Positions 23,110 through 31,929 of a stretch of 64,000 nt of DNA are shown here, one piece after another. The stretch's first letter is position 1. Every line of letters begins with the position of its first letter. A model generated the notes under the pieces. It did not search any database, was not told where the DNA came from, and saw only the letters and a program-made list of their open reading frames with translations. Where the stretch lies: the NCBI GenBank assembly GCA_037190965.1, contig JBBCKI010000048.1, positions 1 through 64,000 on the forward strand, given 5' to 3'. The DNA is from Chthoniobacteraceae bacterium (GTDB lineage: Bacteria > Verrucomicrobiota > Verrucomicrobiia > Chthoniobacterales > Chthoniobacteraceae). The position numbers and the translations under genes were made by a program.

Positions 23110-23897
23110 GGAGCGGTGGAAGATGAGGTCGAGGGGATTGGAGCCGCGAAAGCGTCCGCCCCCCAGGTAAACGTGGCGAATCCCCAGACCACCTCGGGCG
23201 CTCCTTCCTGCCGGGAAAATTCGTGCCGCAGAAGAATCCTCTCGGCTTCCTCATCCAGCGCGCGGCTCCCGGAGCTTGCCTGCAAGAAGGTATAAAGGAT
23301 CTCCCCCCGGTCGCCGATGCCGATCAGAAACACACTGGGCAGGAGACTTCCCTCGGCCCGGGTGGCAACGGCCATCGGCTCCCGCTTCCCGGCATCGCGC
23401 TGCTGCAATGCTTCGGAAAAAGTCAGTAAAGAAGGGGCCGCGCCCCGGGGTGTTTCGCGCGCGGCGGTCACCGGAGCCAAAAGCGTGAGCGGATCGTAGG
23501 CAGGCGGGTAAAAAGTAGACTCCGCCGCCGGTTCCGCCGGTTTCGGAAGCGTCTGCACCGTGGCGTAAGAGGGCAAATAGGCAATCTCCCCGAGCCCGGC
23601 AGGCAATGTCTCCTGAAGGCGCGGCGCCTTTGCGGGGTCCTGCGAATCGATCCACTCCAGCAATGCGGCATTGGCCGGAGAGGAAGGAGTGATCAACGTC
23701 ACCGATGCCGCAGGCGGCATCGTCGATGCCACGGGAGGGTAAACCACCTGAAACCCGTAAAAAGTCAGCGCATGCACCCCTACCGCGAGGACGAACAAAA
23801 GCGGGAGCACAAACGAGGCATTCCGCTCCGGCCACTGGAAAATCAAGCGCCCTCGGGCCAATGGCGGAGGCGGCGATGAAGGGGATGACGGGGTCAT
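23106..23897 (-). CDS. Membrane-anchored Pro-rich protein, TonB/TolA-like
   Basis: TM with conserved His (AVGVHAL), Pro-rich linker, C-terminal SSGSRALDEEA typical of TonB C-terminal domains; follows exbD. Confidence 0.6.
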   Translation of the reverse strand: MTPSSPSSPPPPLARGRLIFQWPERNASFVLPLLFVLAVGVHALTFYGFQVVYPPVASTMPPAASVTLITPSSPANAALLEWIDSQDPAKAPRLQETLPAGLGEIAYLPSYATVQTLPKPAEPAAESTFYPPAYDPLTLLAPVTAARETPRGAAPSLLTFSEALQQRDAGKREPMAVATRAEGSLLPSVFLIGIGDRGEILYTFLQASSGSRALDEEAERILLRHEFSRQEGAPEVVWGFATFTWGADAFAAPIPSTSSSTAP

Positions 23898-24307
23898 CGC
23901 TTCAGGGGCTGGGGAGCACTGGCGGCGATGGCCACGGAGAACCCGCGCTGCAGGCCGATGTTCATCACCTGGGTAACGATTTCATGGGGAGCGGAGCGAT
24001 CCGCCCGGATAATGAGCGAGCGTTCCTTGATCCCGGCCTCGGAAAGCATTTCGTCGAGCTCCTGGGGCGTCACCTTTTTCTCCTGAAAGTAAATCACCGG
24101 CACCGCCCCGGAGGCGATGCTGACAATCTGCGGATTCCGTTGCGGGCCGAGCACAAACGAAGTGAACGGCGGCGTGATGGAAATCCCCGGCTGCGAAACG
24201 AACGTCCCGCTCAACGTGACAAACGCCAGCACCAGCACCAGCACGTTCACCAACGGAACGAGAATGATATTCTGGGGGTTATGCCCGACGCTCCGGTGCA
24301 GTTTCAC
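23894..24307 (-). CDS. ExbD/TolR family protein
   Basis: LVPLVNVLVLVLAF TM, LIIRADRSAP. Confidence 0.88.
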   Translation of the reverse strand: MKLHRSVGHNPQNIILVPLVNVLVLVLAFVTLSGTFVSQPGISITPPFTSFVLGPQRNPQIVSIASGAVPVIYFQEKKVTPQELDEMLSEAGIKERSLIIRADRSAPHEIVTQVMNIGLQRGFSVAIAASAPQPLKR

Positions 24308-24319
24308 GAGATAAACCTT

Positions 24320-24988
24320 CTATTCCGCCACCAACGCGGCGGGATGGCGCGTGTCAAAGTCGATGATTCCATCCGCTTCGGGCGCTTTCTCGGTGATCAG
24401 GTTCACGATCTCAATGCCACCGCGCTCCATGTCATGGATCAGAGAGTTCACCCGCGAGGAGAGAAAGGCGTACGCCAGCGAAGTCGGAATCGCGACGACC
24501 AGCCCCGCCGCCGTCGTGAGCAGGCTTTTGTAGATCCCGGCGGAAACATCCATCGAAGTCGCCGACCCGGCCTGGCTGGAGAGCGCGACAAACGCGTCGA
24601 TCAGCCCGGTGACCGTCCCGAGCAACCCCACGAGAGGAGCGACATAGGCGATGGTCGCCAGCATCGGGAGGAAACGCTCCAGCTTGGGCACCTCGAGTTG
24701 CCCGGCCTCCTGCACAATCTCCTTGAGTTCCGGGCGTCTGGCGTCGTGCCGGATAATCGCGGCGTGAATCACCCGCGCCACCGGCCCGGGCGTCCCCGCG
24801 CTTTCATGGAGAGCCTCGGCAAAATTGCGTCGCCCGATCAGATTGGCCAGCCCCCGAAGAAATTCGCCCACGCGGATCGTCGCACGGTGGTAGTACACCA
24901 GGCGTTCGAAAAAGAGAGTGATGGAGAGGATGCTGAGGAGCAACAGGAGCCACATCAGGGGCCCGCCCTTCTGCATATAGTCGATCAT
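24320..24988 (-). CDS. MotA/TolQ/ExbB proton channel family protein
   Basis: GGPLMW, APLVGLLGTVTG, LLTTAAGLVVAIP. Confidence 0.93.
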   Translation of the reverse strand: MIDYMQKGGPLMWLLLLLSILSITLFFERLVYYHRATIRVGEFLRGLANLIGRRNFAEALHESAGTPGPVARVIHAAIIRHDARRPELKEIVQEAGQLEVPKLERFLPMLATIAYVAPLVGLLGTVTGLIDAFVALSSQAGSATSMDVSAGIYKSLLTTAAGLVVAIPTSLAYAFLSSRVNSLIHDMERGGIEIVNLITEKAPEADGIIDFDTRHPAALVAE

Positions 24989-25051
24989 GGAAGGAGTTTA
25001 TACCCCCTGTTTTTGGCAATTGCAACGCAGGGATGCAGGGGGGGCAGCACA

Positions 25052-25197
25052 GGTAGTCCGCTCGCGCCGTCGAGCGCGGGCATCGCCTCCTGTGGCCCTG
25101 AAGGTCAATCCACAATTCAAAAAGCCTGTCCTGCGGGGATGGACGCAAAACGCGACTCTGGAAACGCATCCCGCGCTCGCGGCGAGAGCGGGCTACC
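25052..25197. repeat. REPIN/MITE-like element family A
   Basis: GGTAG-initiated ~29-bp inverted arms, 146 bp total, shared internal GTCCTGCGGGGATGG motif. Confidence 0.85.
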
Positions 25198-25301
25198 TGG
25201 CCGGTCCTTCAATTCGGTCACTTTTCCGTCCTGCGCCGAGAGGGAGATCGGAAGAACTCTTGCAAAACCGGGAATCTCCCCGGAGGCTGGGGCGTCTTAT
25301 C

Positions 25302-26351
25302 ATGCCATCCATCCGCGAAATCATCCCCGCCCATCGCCCCCTGCTCATCCTGGCGCCGATGCAGGATGTAACCGACCTCCCCTTCTGGCGGGTGATGCAC
25401 CGGTACGGCGGCGCGGATCTTTATTATACGGAGTATTTCCGCGTCCACCGGGATTCCCAGCCCGAACGGCATATTCTGGCCGACATCGAAGGCAACCCGA
25501 CGGGCCGTCCCGTCATCGCCCAGATGATCGGGCAAGACATTCCCGCCCTGCTGCGAACCGCCGAGGCTCTCCAGAAGCGGAACATTCTCGGCATCGACCT
25601 CAACCTCGGTTGCCCCGCCCCCATCGTCTGCAAAAAGAACGCGGGCGGCGGGCTGCTCAAACACCCCGAGCAGATCGACGAGATTCTCGCCGCGCTCCGG
25701 CCCGCGATCAGCCTGCAATTCACGGTAAAGACCCGCATCGGCTACGACGACCCGTCGGAGTTTGACCGGGTATTAGAGATTTTCGCCAAGCATCGCGTCG
25801 ACGCCTTCACCGTCCATGGTCGAACCGTGCGGGAGATGTACCGGACGCGTGTTCACCTCGACCGGATCCGCCAGGCGGTGGAACGGCTCGATGCGCCGGT
25901 GTTCGCAAACGGCAATGTCCTCTCCGTCGGCTTGGCCCGGGAAACGCTCGCCCAAACGGGCGCCGCCGGGCTGATGATGGGGCGCGGAGCCATTCGCAAC
26001 CCGTGGCTCTTCCAGCAAATTCGAGACGACGCCGAGGGGCGGCCCGTCTTCCAACCGACGCTCCGCGATCTGCGCGGCTACATCGACATCCTTTACAAGG
26101 AGACGCGCCTGCCGCACCTCAACGAAGCCGCCAGCGTCTCCAAGATGAAGAAATATATGAACTTCATCGGCCAGGGGATCGGGCCCGAAGAGGCGTTCCT
26201 GCACTCCATTCGCCGCGCCACGACGGAACTGGAGTTCTTCGGTCTCTGCGATCAATACCTCAACACCGACGAACCATTTCCGGCGGAGCCGTCGCAGCGG
26301 GCACTGATCTGCACCCGCAGCGAACGACTGCCAGGCGCGATGGCCGGCTAA
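25302..26351 (+). CDS. tRNA-dihydrouridine synthase family protein
   Basis: LAPMQDVTD, IDLNLGCP, TVHGRT, ANGNV, MGRGAIRNPW; upstream part of the ORF-track call is REPIN sequence. Confidence 0.93.
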   Translation: MPSIREIIPAHRPLLILAPMQDVTDLPFWRVMHRYGGADLYYTEYFRVHRDSQPERHILADIEGNPTGRPVIAQMIGQDIPALLRTAEALQKRNILGIDLNLGCPAPIVCKKNAGGGLLKHPEQIDEILAALRPAISLQFTVKTRIGYDDPSEFDRVLEIFAKHRVDAFTVHGRTVREMYRTRVHLDRIRQAVERLDAPVFANGNVLSVGLARETLAQTGAAGLMMGRGAIRNPWLFQQIRDDAEGRPVFQPTLRDLRGYIDILYKETRLPHLNEAASVSKMKKYMNFIGQGIGPEEAFLHSIRRATTELEFFGLCDQYLNTDEPFPAEPSQRALICTRSERLPGAMAG

Positions 26352-26380
26352 ACCGGCTCGACCAGCGCGCCCGCAAAAAA

Positions 26381-26785
26381 TTACGAAGCGTAGTGGAACA
26401 CCACGGGCTTTTCCACCTCGGGATGGAGGCTCTGATGGACCGGGCAGGTCAACGCGGCGCGCTCCAGCGGCTCGCTCTTTTCGACGCCTGCGGGGAACCA
26501 GATTTCCGTGATGAGACGGGCGATCCGGCGCGGCGGCGTCTGCGTCATTTCCTTGGAAACCTCGATCCGCATCCCGCGCAAATCGATCTCGTGCCGCGCG
26601 GCATAGATCCCCATGACGGTCGCCATGCACGCTCCCATCCCGGTGGCAACCAAGTCGGTCGGCGAAAAGGACTCACCCCGCCCGTGGTTGTCAACCGGTG
26701 CGTCGGTTTCCAAAACCCGGCCGGACGGGCCGTGCGTGGCGGTACAATGAAGATCGCCGCCGTATTCGATGCCAATTTTTACCAT
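26381..26785 (-). CDS. OsmC family protein
   Basis: TDAPVDNHGRGESFSPTDL, ..GAC, CPVHQSL. Confidence 0.92.
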   Translation of the reverse strand: MVKIGIEYGGDLHCTATHGPSGRVLETDAPVDNHGRGESFSPTDLVATGMGACMATVMGIYAARHEIDLRGMRIEVSKEMTQTPPRRIARLITEIWFPAGVEKSEPLERAALTCPVHQSLHPEVEKPVVFHYAS

Positions 26786-26848
26786 GGGCGATTCTAAACC
26801 CGAAAGCGGAAAGAGGCGCGAGAGGAATTGTGAACGGCCGTCGCGTTA

Positions 26849-27661
26849 TCAATGCGTCGCACCCTGCCAACCGTCGCCACACGGTCCGCCGCCATCCGCT
26901 GCCGGGACATGGCTGACCACTTCCCCCCGCATATTGAAGATGGGGTGGTAAAACTTGGAAATTTGCTCGGATGCGTCGTCGATATAATGGCCGATAAACG
27001 TCCTCCGGGAACGATCTGTCGTGCGGTTCGGGCCGGAACCGTGAATCAGATTACCGCCAAAGAACATCGTTTCCCCCCGTTTCACCGGAACCGCCACCGG
27101 CTTTTCGTCGCGTGGAAACTTGGTGATATGGCTATCTCCGTAGTTCAGCCAGCGCTCCGCCCCCTCCTCGGGACAATAGATCCCCCTTTGATGGGAACGG
27201 GGGACGACCCAGAGGCAGCCGTTATTGACGTCCGCGCTGTCGATGGCCGTCCACGCCGCGATGCAGGTCGCGGGCTTTGCAAGAAGATAGAAGTTGTCCT
27301 GATGCATCCCCTGCCCCTTCGCGCCCGGCGGCTTGTAATAATACATCGTCTGCGCCCCGAGCGCGGGCTTGCCCAGCAACCGCTCCAGGACGGCGGCCAC
27401 CTTCGGGTTTACCAGCCACTCCAGCGCCTTGCGGCTGTAATGATGCGGATGCATGGCGCGCAACTGCCGCTGGGAAGGGTCAATCTCCTCGTACCCATTC
27501 CCCCCATCGAAGACCTTCCCACCGACATGGCGGTATTCTTCGAAGAAATTCTCGATTTCCTGAAGCTCCGTTTCCGAAAAGAGACCGGAAACCACGCAAT
27601 AGCCGAGTTCGGCAAACTGCGTCTCTTGAGCTGAATCCAGAGAACCCAATAGCGATGTCAT
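26849..27661 (-). CDS. Phytanoyl-CoA dioxygenase (PhyH) family Fe/2OG enzyme
   Basis: HQD motif, NGCLWVVPRSH, HGSGPN..RR. Confidence 0.9.
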   Translation of the reverse strand: MTSLLGSLDSAQETQFAELGYCVVSGLFSETELQEIENFFEEYRHVGGKVFDGGNGYEEIDPSQRQLRAMHPHHYSRKALEWLVNPKVAAVLERLLGKPALGAQTMYYYKPPGAKGQGMHQDNFYLLAKPATCIAAWTAIDSADVNNGCLWVVPRSHQRGIYCPEEGAERWLNYGDSHITKFPRDEKPVAVPVKRGETMFFGGNLIHGSGPNRTTDRSRRTFIGHYIDDASEQISKFYHPIFNMRGEVVSHVPAADGGGPCGDGWQGATH

Positions 27662-27736
27662 ATGGCCTCAATGATGCCGGACGCGCCCGAAAAAGAGAAT
27701 GGAACCCCCTCTCATAGACCTGTAATATCTTCCTGC

Positions 27737-28576
27737 ATGAGCTATCGGAACGCCACACCCCACCTCCCCGTCAGGGAACTCTACTGCGACGAATTCCGAC
27801 GCGGCCCCCGTTACACCAACTGGCGGCCCGGCGGCAGTGGCGACTGGCTCCTGATCTACACGGAGGGCGGCAGCGGGCGGTTTGCTTCCCCATCAGGCCC
27901 GCTCGATACTCAGCCGGGAGACGCCGTTCTCTACGCCCCGCAAGATTCGCAGGACTACAGCACTGCCCCGGGAACGAGCGAATGGCATCTTCTCTGGGTC
28001 CACTTCACCCCGAAACCGCATTGGCACGCCTTGCTCCATTGGCCCGCTGGCCCGGGCGGAATCCGCCTTCTCCAGTTGGAAAACGGCGAAGTGCGCGAGC
28101 AGTTCCGCCTCTCCATGCGCCGGATGCACAAACTCTATCGGCGCGAAATCCCCGGCGCATTCGAACTTGCCGCCAACGCTCTGGAAGGAGCGCTGCTCTG
28201 GGCCGGTGTTTCCGCCTCCCGCGAACCGTGGCTGACCATGGACGCGCGGGTGAGAAAAGCGGTGGATCACCTCATCGCGCACCTGCGGGAACCGTTCGCG
28301 CTCGGGGATCTCGCGGCGCACTGCGGCCTCTCCGTCTCACGCCTTGCCGCGCTCTTCAAACAGGAGACCGGCACCTCCCCCCAGCAGTTTCTGGAACGCC
28401 ACCGGATGCAGCACGCCTCCCAACTCCTGCGCCTCACCAGCCTCACCATCGCGGAGATCGCCACTGAAGTCGGCTTTGAAGACCCCTTCTACTTCACCAA
28501 CCGCTTTCGCCGCTATGCGGGAACAAGCCCTTCACACTTTCGGGCAAACGGCCCCAACCCGTCCACAAACAAATAA
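27737..28576 (+). CDS. AraC family transcriptional regulator, divergent from the PhyH gene
   Basis: N-terminal cupin-like domain, C-terminal LAAHCGLSVSRL..IAEIATEVGFEDPFYFTNRF. Confidence 0.93.
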   Translation: MSYRNATPHLPVRELYCDEFRRGPRYTNWRPGGSGDWLLIYTEGGSGRFASPSGPLDTQPGDAVLYAPQDSQDYSTAPGTSEWHLLWVHFTPKPHWHALLHWPAGPGGIRLLQLENGEVREQFRLSMRRMHKLYRREIPGAFELAANALEGALLWAGVSASREPWLTMDARVRKAVDHLIAHLREPFALGDLAAHCGLSVSRLAALFKQETGTSPQQFLERHRMQHASQLLRLTSLTIAEIATEVGFEDPFYFTNRFRRYAGTSPSHFRANGPNPSTNK

Positions 28577-28607
28577 AAAGCGGGGCAAGCCGGAAGGCTC
28601 GCCCCGC
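28576..28607. terminator. Terminator hairpin between convergent araC and PEP-CTERM genes
   Basis: GCGGGGCAAGCC-GGAA-GGCTCGCCCCGC with A-tract; near-identical copy at 31871-31900. Confidence 0.75.
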
Positions 28608-28636
28608 ATTACAAAACGCTTAATCTCTCGCGAAGC

Positions 28637-31516
28637 TTAGGCTACCCGCGATCCGCCATGCCGCTTCCTCCATCCCAGGAGCGCGCCCGCTCCAAGGACA
28701 AGCAGAGCCCAATTGCCGGGCTCGGGAACAACGGCGAACTCGCTATTGTGATTGATGACAGCCCAGACCGTCTTTTTCGAAACGTCGACTCCGTAGTATC
28801 CGAGAATAAAGTCGCTGCTTGCATCGAAGGCTTTCTCTCCGCGATTGAAGGCCGTTCCGCCGATGTTGCCATCGACCGCATTGACCCATTTGTTGGTCTC
28901 CGTATTCAACCAGCCAAGAATATTCCCGGCCGTGATGTCGGCAACCGTGATTTCAAGGACGAACATGTCCGTCTCCCCCGTGTTGCCATCAAGCACCGAG
29001 ACCCCGCTCAGGTGGAACACATTACCAAGGCGAAGATCATCATTGATTGCCAAGGAGCTTGCGGAAAAACTCCCTTCCAGCGTCGCTGCCCCCGAACTGG
29101 TGCCCGCTGCAATCCTGGCCTTGGTGGTCACGCCACCAATGGAGCCGGTGAGATTCATGGAATTAGTCAGGCTTGCGCCGGACTCGATCCCGCGTTCGAA
29201 ACTGCCGCCTTCCAGGGTGAGGGTGTTACCAAAATCAACGCCCGCGTTGATCGAAAGCGTCCCACTCTTGACGGTGACCGCTCCTGTGCCGAGAGCATAA
29301 TTGGCGCTGGCGACAAGACGCCCCGCTTCGAGCACAGTTCCACCACTGTAACTATTGCTGGCACTCAGAGTGAGAGAACCGACCCCCTGCTTGATAATCC
29401 GTCCGGTTCCGCTCACAGAGTTAGCGACGGCAATATCGGAGCCGACGCCCGCCTGCACGATGAGCGTGCCGCTCGTCATGCTGACGTTGCCGGTACCGAG
29501 AGCATCATTCGCGTTCACGACGATGCTACCCCCTTGAAGCGTCGTTCCGCCGCTATAGCTATTGCTGGCGCTTAGAGTCAGAGAACCGGCCCCTTGCTTG
29601 ATCACCCTCCCGGTTCCGCTCACGGAAGAAGCGATGGATATATTGGAGCCCGACTGCGCCGTCACCATGAGCGTGCCGCTGTTGATGGCCACGCCACCCG
29701 TCCCAAGAGCATGATCGGCGGTGACGGTCACGTTCCCCCCTTCGATAACCGTTCCGCCACTATAGCTATTACTGGCACTGAGGGTGAGAACCCCCGTTCC
29801 CTGTTTGATCAGCCCCCCACTCCCGCTCACCGAAGAGGTCACGGAAATGTTGAAGCCGTTGCTATCGATGTAAGCGCCGCCATTCCCGAAGGCGACCTCC
29901 CCGTTGGAGAAACCTGAAATAAAAGTGCTCGATCCAGCCTGGGCGCGAACTATTCCACCGTCCAAAACCAAAGAGGCCGTTCCTGAGCTATTGTTCTTTT
30001 TGATCTGTGTCGCTTCCAGAACGGCGCGGTTGCCTGCGCTGCCGGAAAGCGTGAGAGTGCCATTACCGGTAGCAGAACCACTCAGGCTGACCACTTTCGC
30101 TTTGACCAGACCGCTAGAGATGTCCAGAGCCCCGGTACCGCCGTCGCCAACGGTCAAGGCGGCGGTCGTCACATTCACTGTCCCGCTGGAAACCGTCACG
30201 ATTCCGTTACCGGTCGTGCCGGTTCCTATCGTCATTCCGTTCGCCGTGAGAACCCCTCCATTGAGCGCCATCGTAGCAGATCCGCTGCTTCCAACATGCA
30301 GGGTTGCGCTCGTATTCCATGTTCCGTCGGACATCGTCACATCGCCCCTGCCGTCCTTGCCACTTCCAATGTAAACCGTGGTGGTTTGAACAGCCCCACC
30401 GCTCACTGTCATCGCCGCCGTCCCCGAATTTCCCAAAGACAAATAGCCGGGGTTGAAAGTGCCGCCCGTAACGGTGATGTCGGCACGAGTGTTTGCGTTG
30501 GGTGCCGCGTAAAAACTCGCGCTGGAAAAAGTTCCACCGCTCACCTCCAACGAGGCTTTGTTGGTTTGCCCAAAGTAGATCGTGCTTCCATTGAAAGCAC
30601 CACTGCTGACCACCACCTCCCCCTCGCCGGTTCCGGCCCCAACATAAGTGGAACCGGTGGAAGAAACATACCCGCCATTGACCGTTAATGTCCCTTTACC
30701 CCTATTGCCGATGTACGGGGCGTTCAGGGTCAAAGTGCCGCTGGTAACGGTCACGGAGCCGACACCGGTGCCGCTGCCGCCGGAGGCACCGCCGATTGAG
30801 GAGCCAGTGCCTGCGGCGGAAACATTGCCGCCATTGATAACCATCGAGCCGGTGCCGGAACTACCCACCGTCAAGGTGCCCGTCATGTCCCATGTTCCAC
30901 CGGTGATCGAGGCGCTGCCGTTTGAGCCGCTACTATTTCCGATACTGCCACCAACGCTGGAAATGGAGCCACCGCTCATGTTGAGCACACCTTGTCCCTG
31001 ATGACCAACGTACAACGTATTGCTGCTGGTCCAGGTGCCGCTCGTGATGGTGGCCGTACCGCTCCCTAGAGCGTCAAATCCCAAGTAAGCCGCACCTCCA
31101 GTAAGCTGGCCGCCCGAGAGCGCTAGCGTTCCCGCTCCCCCGGAAGTATTCCCGAGATAGAGACTACCATAGCTTCCAGTAACACCGCTCCCAACAGAGG
31201 CAACGCCCTTGTTGTTGATGATGGTCGAGCCGCTTGTAGTCGGCACAGTCCCGCCGCTCCAATTCGAGCCGGTACCCCAAGAAGCACTGCTTCCCGTCCA
31301 TGACTTCTGGGCATATGCCGACGGCTGGGCGAAAAACATCCCCGCACTCAGGAGCGCCAGTGCACCCAAGTTTCTCGCGATGCGACTCACTTGACTTACC
31401 TCCCTGGACACAACGGGGCGATCGCCTGCAAGGTAAGTTGATGGACTGAAGTGGGCCTCTTCTTTGAATAAGAGGGCATGAGCAACGCTGGGGTTGGGTT
31501 GATTTTCGGTCTGCAT
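28637..31516 (-). CDS. PEP-CTERM sorted surface protein with Gly/Ser/Thr-rich beta-helix and autotransporter-associated repeats (paralog 1)
   Basis: Signal-like segment ending SAYA; 3x KQG.G.LTLSASNSYSGGT; C-terminal VVPEPGNWALLVLGAGALLGWRKR. Confidence 0.9.
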   Translation of the reverse strand: MQTENQPNPSVAHALLFKEEAHFSPSTYLAGDRPVVSREVSQVSRIARNLGALALLSAGMFFAQPSAYAQKSWTGSSASWGTGSNWSGGTVPTTSGSTIINNKGVASVGSGVTGSYGSLYLGNTSGGAGTLALSGGQLTGGAAYLGFDALGSGTATITSGTWTSSNTLYVGHQGQGVLNMSGGSISSVGGSIGNSSGSNGSASITGGTWDMTGTLTVGSSGTGSMVINGGNVSAAGTGSSIGGASGGSGTGVGSVTVTSGTLTLNAPYIGNRGKGTLTVNGGYVSSTGSTYVGAGTGEGEVVVSSGAFNGSTIYFGQTNKASLEVSGGTFSSASFYAAPNANTRADITVTGGTFNPGYLSLGNSGTAAMTVSGGAVQTTTVYIGSGKDGRGDVTMSDGTWNTSATLHVGSSGSATMALNGGVLTANGMTIGTGTTGNGIVTVSSGTVNVTTAALTVGDGGTGALDISSGLVKAKVVSLSGSATGNGTLTLSGSAGNRAVLEATQIKKNNSSGTASLVLDGGIVRAQAGSSTFISGFSNGEVAFGNGGAYIDSNGFNISVTSSVSGSGGLIKQGTGVLTLSASNSYSGGTVIEGGNVTVTADHALGTGGVAINSGTLMVTAQSGSNISIASSVSGTGRVIKQGAGSLTLSASNSYSGGTTLQGGSIVVNANDALGTGNVSMTSGTLIVQAGVGSDIAVANSVSGTGRIIKQGVGSLTLSASNSYSGGTVLEAGRLVASANYALGTGAVTVKSGTLSINAGVDFGNTLTLEGGSFERGIESGASLTNSMNLTGSIGGVTTKARIAAGTSSGAATLEGSFSASSLAINDDLRLGNVFHLSGVSVLDGNTGETDMFVLEITVADITAGNILGWLNTETNKWVNAVDGNIGGTAFNRGEKAFDASSDFILGYYGVDVSKKTVWAVINHNSEFAVVPEPGNWALLVLGAGALLGWRKRHGGSRVA

Positions 31517-31698
31517 GATAAGATTAGGGAAGCTGCGGCAAACTTCCTCGAAGCGAGGAGCGCCTCTCAAGACGACGAACCTCTTGATCAAAAGACAATT
31601 AGTCCATAGTCCAGGTTCGATTGAAGAGATGACTTCAACAACACAGTCATTTGTACCTCATACTGAATGCTCCAACAATCGGCGCAGATCGTCTTTTA

Positions 31699-31720
31699 TT
31701 TGTAGGACTTTCCCTACAAA
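31699..31720. promoter_or_regulatory. Palindromic operator-like site upstream of paralog 1
   Basis: TTTGTAGG-ACTTTC-CCTACAAA; conserved at 34976-34995. Confidence 0.6.
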
Positions 31721-31870
31721 CACCTGAGCTCTCAAGCAGAGCGATCGCCCGAAGCAAAACAGCCGCCCGGATCGAGATCCGAACGGCACCTTTGATGGGA
31801 ATGGACGGCGTGGTGAACGGTGAGGATGCCTTCGGCAGCGATCATGCCACGGAGATCATCCCAAATAAAA

Positions 31871-31900
31871 TACGGGGCTAGCCGGAAGGCTCGCCCCGTA
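31871..31900 (-). terminator. Intrinsic terminator of paralog 2
   Basis: TACGGGGCTAGCC-GGAA-GGCTCGCCCCGTA with T-tract on the minus strand. Confidence 0.75.
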
Positions 31901-31929
31901 TTACAAAAATGTTCAATCGCTGGCGAAGC

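Noticed and set aside
23705..25765. 686-aa + strand ORF
   Set aside because: Runs antisense to exbB/exbD, through a REPIN and out of frame in dus; not protein-like
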